From NCBI RefSeq assembly GCF_963921235.1, contig NC_086097.1, positions 106,518,001 through 106,582,000 on the forward strand: a DNA stretch of 64,000 nt, read 5' to 3'. Of the stretch, positions 56,515-64,000 are shown piece after piece; the first letter of the stretch is position 1; each line of letters opens with the position of its first letter. The position numbers and the translations under genes were made by a program. Source of the DNA: Mobula hypostoma (Eukaryota). The notes under the pieces were generated by a model. The model was not told the DNA's origin. It made no database searches and saw only the letters and a list, made by a program, of their open reading frames with translations.

Positions 56515-59500
56515 GCGCTTCTTCCTATAGATGCTGCCTGGCCTGCTGCGTTCACCAGCAACTTTGATGTATGTTGCTTGAATTTCCAGCATCTGCAGAA
56601 TTCCTGTTGTTTGGCCTATAATTTCCCGGATTACTTTTCGATCCTTTTTTAAACAACGGAACAACATGAGCCACTCTCCAATCCTCCGGCACCTCACCTG
56701 TAGACAGCGACATTTTGAATATTTCTGCCAGGGCCCCTGCAATTTCAACACTAGTCTCCTTCAAGGTCCGAGGGAACACCCTGTCAGGTCCTGGGGATTT
56801 ATCCACTTTAATTTTCCTCAAGACAGCAAGGACCTCCTCCTTTTCGATCTGTACAGTTTCCATAATCTCACTACTTGTTTCCCTTAATTCCATAGACTTC
56901 ATGCCAGTTTCCTTAGTGAATACAGACGCAAAAAACCTATTTAAGATCTCCCCCATTTCCTTTGGTTCCACGCATAGCCGACCACTCTGATCTTCAAAAG
57001 GACCAATTTTATCCCTTACAATCTTTTTGCTCTTAATATACCTGTAAAAGCTCTTTGGATTATCCTTCACTTTGACTGCCAAGGCAACCTCATGTCTTCT
57101 TTTAGCCCTCCTGATTTCTTTCTTAAGTATTTTCTTGCACTTCTTATACTCCTCAAGCACCTTATTTACTCCCTGCTTCCTATACATTTCATACAACTCC
57201 CTCTTCTTCTTTATCAGAGTTGCAATATCCCTTGAGAACCAAGGTTCCTTATTCCTATTCAATTTGCCTTTAATCCTGACAGGAACATACAAATTCTGCA
57301 CTCTCAAAATTTCTCCTTTGAAGGCTTCCCACCTACCGATCACATCCTTGGCAGAGAACAACCTGTCCCAATCCACGCTTTTTAGATCCTTTCTCATTTC
57401 TTCAAATTTGGCCTTCTTCCAGTTAAGAACCTCAACCCTAGGACCAGATCTATCCTTGTCCATGATCAAGTTGAAACTAATGGTGTTATGATCACTGGAA
57501 CCAAAGTGCTCCCCTACATAGACTTCTGTCACTTGTCCTAACTCGTTTCCTAACAGGAGATCCAATATTGCATCCCCTCTAGTTGGTCCCTCTATATATT
57601 GATTTAGAAAACTTTCCTGAACACATTTTACAAACTCTAAACCATCTAGACCCCTAAAAGTATGGGAGTCCCAATCAATATATGGAAAATTAAAATCCCC
57701 GACCACCACAACTTTATGTTTCCTGCAGATGCCTGCTATCTCTCTGCAGATTTGCTCTTCCAATTCTCGTTGACTGTTGGATGGTCAATAATACAACCCC
57801 ACTAATGTGGCCATACCTTTCCTGCTTCTCAGCTCCACCCATAAGAACTCAGTAGACAAGCCCTCTAATCTGTCCGGCCTGAGCACTGCTGTAATATTTT
57901 CCCTAACAAGCAATGCTACTCCCCCACCTTTCATTCCTCTGCCTCGATCACATCTGAAACACAAGGAACCCTGGAATATTAAACTGCCAGTTCTGCCCCT
58001 CCTGTAGCCAAGTTTCACTAATTGCTATAACGTCATAATTCCACGTGTCAATCCACGCCCTCAACTCATCCGCCTTCCCCGCAATACTCCTAGCATTGAA
58101 ATATATACACCTCAGAAGATTTTTACCACCACTCACAACCTTTCTATTAGCGGATTTGCTTGAACCTTTAACATCATTTATTTTCACTCCAGCCACACTG
58201 TCAGCTCTGGCACTCTGGTTCCCATCCCCCTACAAATCTAGTTTAAAGCCTCCCCAATAGCAGTAACAAACCTCCCTGAAAGGATATTGGTCCTCCTGTA
58301 GTTCAAGTGTAACCCATCTCTCTTGTACAGGTCCCACCTGCCCCAGAAGAGGTCCTAATTATCCTGAAATCTGAAACCCTGCTCCCTACACCAGTTCCTC
58401 AGCCACTTGTTCATCCTCCAGAGCATCCTATTCTCACCCTCACTGGCATGTAGCACAGGTAGCAATCCTGAGATTACCACCCTCAAGGTCCTGCTTTTCA
58501 ACTTCCTACCAAGCTCACTCTCCAGGACCTCCTCACTCTTCCTTGCTATGTTCGAAGTTCATCTGCCTTGTTTATGATCCTCCTTGTGTTAACACACACA
58601 TCTCAAATCATCTGGTTGAATGCATCTTTGCTCTATCATCTGCCTATCCTTCCTCACAAACTCCTTACAAGCTTTCTCTACTTGTGTGCCAACCGCCTCA
58701 TCCTCTGCCTCTTCACTTCGGTTCCCACCCCCCCGCAAACTGAGTTTAAACCCTCCCCAATAGCTTTAGCAAACCTCCCTCCCAGGATATTGGCTCCCCT
58801 CCAGTTCAGGTGCAACCTGTCCCACTTGTACAGGTCACCCCTTCCCCAGAAAAGGTTCCAATGATCCAAGGACTTAAAACGCTGCCCCCTGCACCATCTC
58901 CTCTGCCACTCATTCATCTGCGATATCTTCCTCTACTGACCTTCCCCAGCTCGTGGCACTGGGAGTAATCCGGTGATTACCACCTTGGAGGTCCTGTTCT
59001 TCCACCTCCTTCCTAACTCCCTGAACTTACTGCACAGGACATCTGCCCCTCTCCTACCCACGCCTCGCCTTTGGTAACAATATGTACCATGACCTCTGGC
59101 TGCTCACCCTCTCCTTCAAGAATATTCTGCAACTGCTCTACTGAGCTTATAGATTTCAGTAAAAAGCTCTGCCAGTCTCTGAGGACCGGCCTAAGTACAG
59201 CGTCTGGTCGAGCTGCTTTGTGTGTGCTGATACTGTGGAGAGTACATGTTAGCTCATGAGTGCTCAGTGTCAATGCTGTGTCCTTCTCAGGTGTTAATAT
59301 TAAACATGGATCTTGAAATTCACAGGTCTGAATAGACTGGAAAAGAATAGTAGTGCTGGAGCAAAAATTTTGGAGAGAACATGGTTTTGCTGGAATTCTG
59401 GTGAACCACAGATCTTTTTACTGTCTGCTGTCAAGGAGGGAATGAAAAACTGGCCCAACCTTGCCAAAATCAGGGTCATGTGAATGAGGAGGCTCTCATT

Positions 59501-59679
59501 TACTTTAAAAAATAGAACAATTTTCACCTACACATTTAATGAAGAGTAATTGATCCTAGAAGAGGCTAATTTCTTTTCTTAACAAACGTGCTCACCTAAA
59601 TGGAGCAAAAAAATAGGTTCAGATGAGGAAGATTTTCCTGAGTTCATCCAGGACCATCTCTTCATCACTGACATGATGT

Positions 59680-60300
59680 GGTAATTGTATTGCTTTATTA
59701 TTGTTACATCAATCAAGATACAGTGTAAAGTTTCACTTTTATAATGTTCATACAGATCAAGTCATTACGCCATACATTTAGGTAGAACAAGCTCAAACAA
59801 TAACAATGAAGTGTCAACCCTACAGGGAAAAAGCAGTGTGGTCAACAATAAAGTGCACAATCATAATGAGGTAGATTGTGAGGTCAAGACTCCATCTTAT
59901 CATAAAAATCTGATAACAATAGGACAGAAACTGTCCTTGATCCCAGTGTTACATGCTTTCATGGTTTTGTATCTTCTTTCTAATGAGAGAGGGGTGAAGA
60001 CAGAATATCCAGAGAGGGTGGGGTTTTTGATTATGCTGGTTTCTTTACTGAGGCAGCAAGATATATAGGCAGAATTCTTAGAGGGGAGGTTGGCTTCCAA
60101 GGGATGTGCTGAGCTGTGTCCACGACTCTGCAGTTTCTTGTAGTCACATGCGGAAAAGTTCTCCTACCAAGCCATTATGTATCTAAGTACAATGCTTCCT
60201 ATAGTGCATCAATAAAAATTGGTAAGGCTTGATGGGAACATGGGAATTTTTTTTAGCTTCCCGAGCATATAGAGGCATTGGTGAGCTTTCATTTTTGATA
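59680..60300 (-). mobile_element. Old Rex1/Babar-like 3' end
   Basis: 'KAHQCLYMLGKLKK..LTNFY' and 'SFCPIVIRFL' on the minus strand. Confidence 0.7.
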
Positions 60301-61004
60301 TGATTTGGTATTGGTATGGATTGAAATATTGCTGTATCAATCCAAATACTTTTACCAGTGGCTTGAGTTGCGAGCTGATGAAACACTCTTGCAGGAATGC
60401 AATACAGAAACCAGCAATAAAAATAACCATATGAGTGGTGGTCCCTCAAAAGTTGCATTACCGTGATTTCATCAGACTCACAAAATACTAAATAAAATAC
60501 TAAATAAAATCCTACATAATGGACCCGATACCTGACCTATGGGCATCCTGTACCACTGAATGAGCTCCCATAAACAAACAGTTTACAAGTATCCTCCTCC
60601 CTCATTTATATGTAACCTCTCTGTCGTAATCAAACACCATTGTTTTTCAAGAACATAACCTGCCTATTTCACTGCGGGCGGGCACTTAAATTTACTTTGG
60701 ACATTAACAAGACAACCTGTACTTGATAGATGTGCATCCATACACCCACTGAGGTTATTGAAACCTACCATTAAGCATGGGGCATCCTAACTTGTTAACC
60801 CTGTAACTAGATATGAGCAGACAATAAATAAATGCCTATGTTAATTGGCCCCTTTTGAAACCCCCTATGATGACACAATTCATGATATACTGTGAATGGA
60901 ATGATTACGATATCAGATGATTTTGTAAGTTTCTGATAATATTGATAAATTGACATCTGTATAAATGCAAACAATTGTAACTAGAGTTGGCTGGCACATA
61001 TGGA

Positions 61005-61198
61005 AACAACAGGAATTCTGCAGATGCTGGAAATTCAAGCAACACACATCAAAGTTGCTGGTGAACGCAGCAGGCCAGGCAGCATCTCTAGGAAGAGGTA
61101 CAGTCAACGTTTCAGGCCGAGACCCTTCGTCAGGACTAACTGAAGGAAGATCTCTTACTAACTCTTCCTTCAGTTCACCAGCAACTTTGATGTGTGTT
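61005..61198. mobile_element. Fold-back PLE mini-element with internally deleted right arm
   Basis: 34-nt tail plus full left arm (61005-61150); right arm TCTTCCTTCAGTT jumps via GTT to CACCAGCAACTTTGATGTGTGTTGC; TSD-like GCTGGCACATATGGA (60990-61004) and GCTAGCACATACGGA (61199-61213). Confidence 0.85.
61102..61137 (-). ncRNA. Minimal hammerhead ribozyme (GUU cleavage triplet)
   Basis: Minus strand: AGUC CUGACGA AGG GUCUCGG CCU GAA ACGU U GACU. Confidence 0.72.
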
Positions 61199-62189
61199 GC
61201 TAGCACATACGGATGTCGCTTGGGAATAGGAATAAGAAAATCAAAAGGAGGGCTGAAATAAAAACCCATGATTTCCTAAAAAGAAATAGCTGCCTCAAAT
61301 TGTATTCTTCTGTTATTCAAGAGCTAAACCCATGTTGCACATAGTGGAAATGTCGATCTCCCAAAATTAATTGTGAAATTGAGTCAAAAAAGGTAAAAGC
61401 TAGCACAACCACAGTTTGCACACCAATTTATTCAGTAAGATTGGATTTGTGCATTTCCTGTATTGTCTTCCATGCAGAATTTGCATCTGCTACATTGCCA
61501 TACTGACCAAAGGGAAGCAAGTCACAGATTAAAGAACTTTCTCTATGCCAACCACAACACAAATAAAATGGTTGCCACTGAATGGACGGAAAACCTGACC
61601 CTCTACAGCATGACTGGGATCCTCCTGAATTTGACAAACTGGCCCCGTTGACACTTGTGTCCTGTGTGGCTCTAAGCAATAAGCTTGTGATTGCAAACGA
61701 TTTTGCAAAAAAACATCAATGAGCAAATCAGAAATCACATTGAAACGCGAGGTGTCAATGTGACCTGCAGACATGTTAATTGTCTTCACCTTCCTAAATC
61801 TTGCATAATGATCTCCTGGTTTGTTAATGAGTGAATAACAAACATTGTAGACTTCCCTCAAATCTCCTTTTTTCTGTTAGAAGCACAGAAAACATGCTGT
61901 GCAACCTTTAATATCATTCGATGAACAAATAATGCTGGGCAAATTTCAGCCAAATCAAGATGAATTGTGCCAGAATGTGCCAGGCATATTTCCAATGTAA
62001 TATTCAAGGCAACTTTAATATCCAATTACAGATTAAAAACGTGTCCAGATTCAGCTGGTGATTGGTTCATGCTTTTCTTTCACTGTACATTCTATTATGA
62101 AGAATGTAATTTGACATTTTCAGTTTTTTGGGATGTGCCAAAAGCACACCAATCTAAAGTGATGGATTGATGACCTGTGTAAGTGAAGT

Positions 62190-62510
62190 CAATGGAACTG
62201 AATATGCAGAGATGAGTACCGCCAATAGGTAGTACTCATGATCCTGTCAAGCACTAATGAGCAAAAGTTATTGGAAGTCTGTATTTTGTGGCAGGGAGCA
62301 GTGTAGTGACACTCGATTGTTATATACATTAAGGACTCAGATATAAAAGCAGGAAGCATGATTAGTGAGGTTGCAGAAGACATGAAAGTTGATGGTGTTG
62401 TGGACAGCAAAGAAGCTTGGCTAAGGCTTCAGCATGATACCGATCATATGGGAAGTTGGGCAATGTGTTGATAAATACAATTTAATCCCATTAAATGCAA
62501 AGTGATGAAT
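62190..62510 (+). mobile_element. Old CR1 RT fragment
   Basis: Decayed 'IYIKDSD..ISEVAEDMKVDGVVDS..LQHDTD', the region homologous to FADDTK. Confidence 0.6.
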
Positions 62511-63334
62511 ATGTAATTAGTAAAATCAACAGCAGCACCAAGGAATCACAGATTATGGAAGCATTGTTGAAATTGAGAAAACAGTATTATCTGAAATATG
62601 CCTTCTTGTTCTTGATCCCCCAATCATCTATTTACCCAGTTACGATCTTATAATATTAGATTCAAGGCAACTAATTAAAACAAGTCAGAAACAAAAGAAA
62701 ATCTGCAGATGCTGGACAAATTAAAACAAGTGCTACCTTTATAACTTCCTGCCAATTATCAAACAATCACTTTAACACTAAAATAATTCAAAAACAAACA
62801 ATCTCTGTCACTGTCACAGCTTATGTGTAAATGCACTGAAACAAAAATATTGTTAGTATTTGTTCCTTGGTGGACTCATTTGGCCAAGTTCACACAAAGA
62901 AATGTTCAATTTGTTTGGCATGAAATTCAATTGCAAACTTAGAATGTGCCAATAACCAAATATGTGTCCAGATGGCAAGACCTGACAAAAGATTCAACAC
63001 TTGAATCGTTCAATTCTTAATACTTCCATCAAATATCGACAGATTGCCCCCAGGTTCCGGCAGGGATCCATTCCCGTGAACTATTTGTAACCTGAACAAT
63101 TGACAAGTCGGAAATATGACCGTGAACCAAGTTCCAACCCAGCAGAAGATGGCTGCAGGCGCACAGCAGCTGACTAATCCTTCCTGCCAGTCTCCCACAT
63201 GCTCAATTGCATATACAGGCTGTGTATAAGGCAGTCATTCATAAGTTAGGAAGGACCTGCAGTGATCTTGTTCACATTCCAAAATTAAATAGATAGTCCT
63301 AGAAAATCTTAAACCAGTTACCCTACAGGGCAAG

Positions 63335-63970
63335 TCAAACTCAAAGTAGAGCACATTGTCATATATACAAGTACATATATGCATATATCCAATGAAAAAC
63401 ATAAATTAGACATATCTTATACACAACTTTACAAGAAAGAACACAATTGGAAGAAAATTAGTCAGTTTCAGTTCAAAGTGATCAAGCTGTTGCTAAGCTG
63501 TGGTGATTAGTGTTTTGCTGTTTTGTTCAAAAACCAAATAGTTAAAGGGAAGTTGCAGTTGTTGAATCAGGTGGTGTGGGACTTGAGGCTTCTGTACCTG
63601 CTGCTAGTGGAAAAAGATAGCATGGCCAAATGGTGGGGATCTTCGATGAGGCTGTGCTTCCTGTAGATACTACTGATGATGGGAGGGGCATTCCCGTGAT
63701 ATACTGGGCAGAGTTCATGGCCTTCTGCAGCTTTTTATGATCCTGCATATTCAAATTGCTGTAGCATACCACGGTGAAACCAGTCAGGACACTTTCAATG
63801 ATAAACCTGTGGAAGTTTATTAGGAGTGTCCACTGACAAGCCAAATGTCTTTAACCTCCTAAAAAAGTAAAGAAGCTGGCACACTTTCCTTATGATTGCA
63901 TCTTTGTGCCGGGGTCAGGACAGGTCACCTGATATGTTAACTCCCAGGAATTTAAAGCTGCTGCATCTCT
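63335..63970 (-). mobile_element. Old Rex1/Babar-like 3' end
   Basis: ORF 63542..63844 contains 'LINFHRFIIESVLTG..KKLQKAMNSAQYITG'. Confidence 0.7.
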
Positions 63971-64000
63971 CCGGCAACAGTAATAAAAAATACTCTGGAC

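Larger units (their letters stand above)
54444..56611 (+). mobile_element. Young Penelope-like element with inverted pLTR and inverted 5' RT segment
   Basis: 13-bp TSD TGGCCTATAATTT at 54431-54443 and 56612-56624; inverted pLTR 54444-54712; inverted RT 54713-55020; forward RT-GIY-YIG 55021-56184; pLTR plus tail to 56611. Confidence 0.95.
53055..58547 (-). mobile_element. CR1 family 'D' (ORF1 esterase end plus ORF2), interrupted by a PLE
   Basis: (TTCTATGG)-type tail at 53055-53079; ORF2 pieces 57948..58196, 57785..58018, 56552..57763, 54107..54550 and 53493..54104; 'NYRP|VSLTS' is split by the PLE. Confidence 0.93.
50390..59145 (-). mobile_element. Older CR1 (family 'C'), split by CR1-D (pieces 50390-53054 and 58548-59145)
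   Basis: Tail at 50390-50412; ORF2 remnants in ORFs 50890..51213, 51353..51820, 51915..52178 and 52635..53186; 'ELRT|WIN' is broken exactly at the insertion; esterase remnant 'DHWNLFWGRGDLYKWDRLH'. Confidence 0.85.
42290..59310 (-). mobile_element. Old Rex1/Babar-like LINE fragmented by nested insertions
   Basis: (TTAGA)n tail at 42291-42319; collinear RT pieces at about 43000-43390, 43690-43910, 47827-48156, 50146-50389 ('LNDYRPAA') and 59150-59310 ('KAARPDAV'). Confidence 0.75.

Noticed and set aside
63040..63260. Possible small Tigger-type MITE
   Set aside because: Termini are too degenerate to pair confidently.

Overview
Vertebrate genomic DNA with no recognisable host protein-coding gene; the repeat inventory suggests a cartilaginous fish such as a ray or shark (inference). 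Most of the window is transposable-element sequence: several CR1 LINE families (some with SGNH-esterase ORF1), Rex1/Babar-like LINEs, one full-length decayed L1, a Tc1 with long terminal inverted repeats (TIRs), two Tigger/pogo remnants, a probable solo LTR, RTE-type short elements and a Penelope-like element (PLE; reverse transcriptase + GIY-YIG endonuclease) family. The most notable signal is in the PLE family. Its terminal repeat carries a minimal type-I hammerhead ribozyme (AGUC-CUGACGA-AGG-GUCUCGG-CCU-GAA-ACGU-C^GACU; six intact or near-intact copies). The family has also produced about 200-260 bp fold-back, non-coding mini-elements, three with their own target-site duplications (TSDs), a one-sided 34-40 nt tail and turn-around points at or next to the ribozyme; the best-preserved one encodes a hammerhead on both strands. 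A roughly 17-kb, four-level nest of elements spans 42290-59310. All family assignments come from motif recognition by eye, not database searches.
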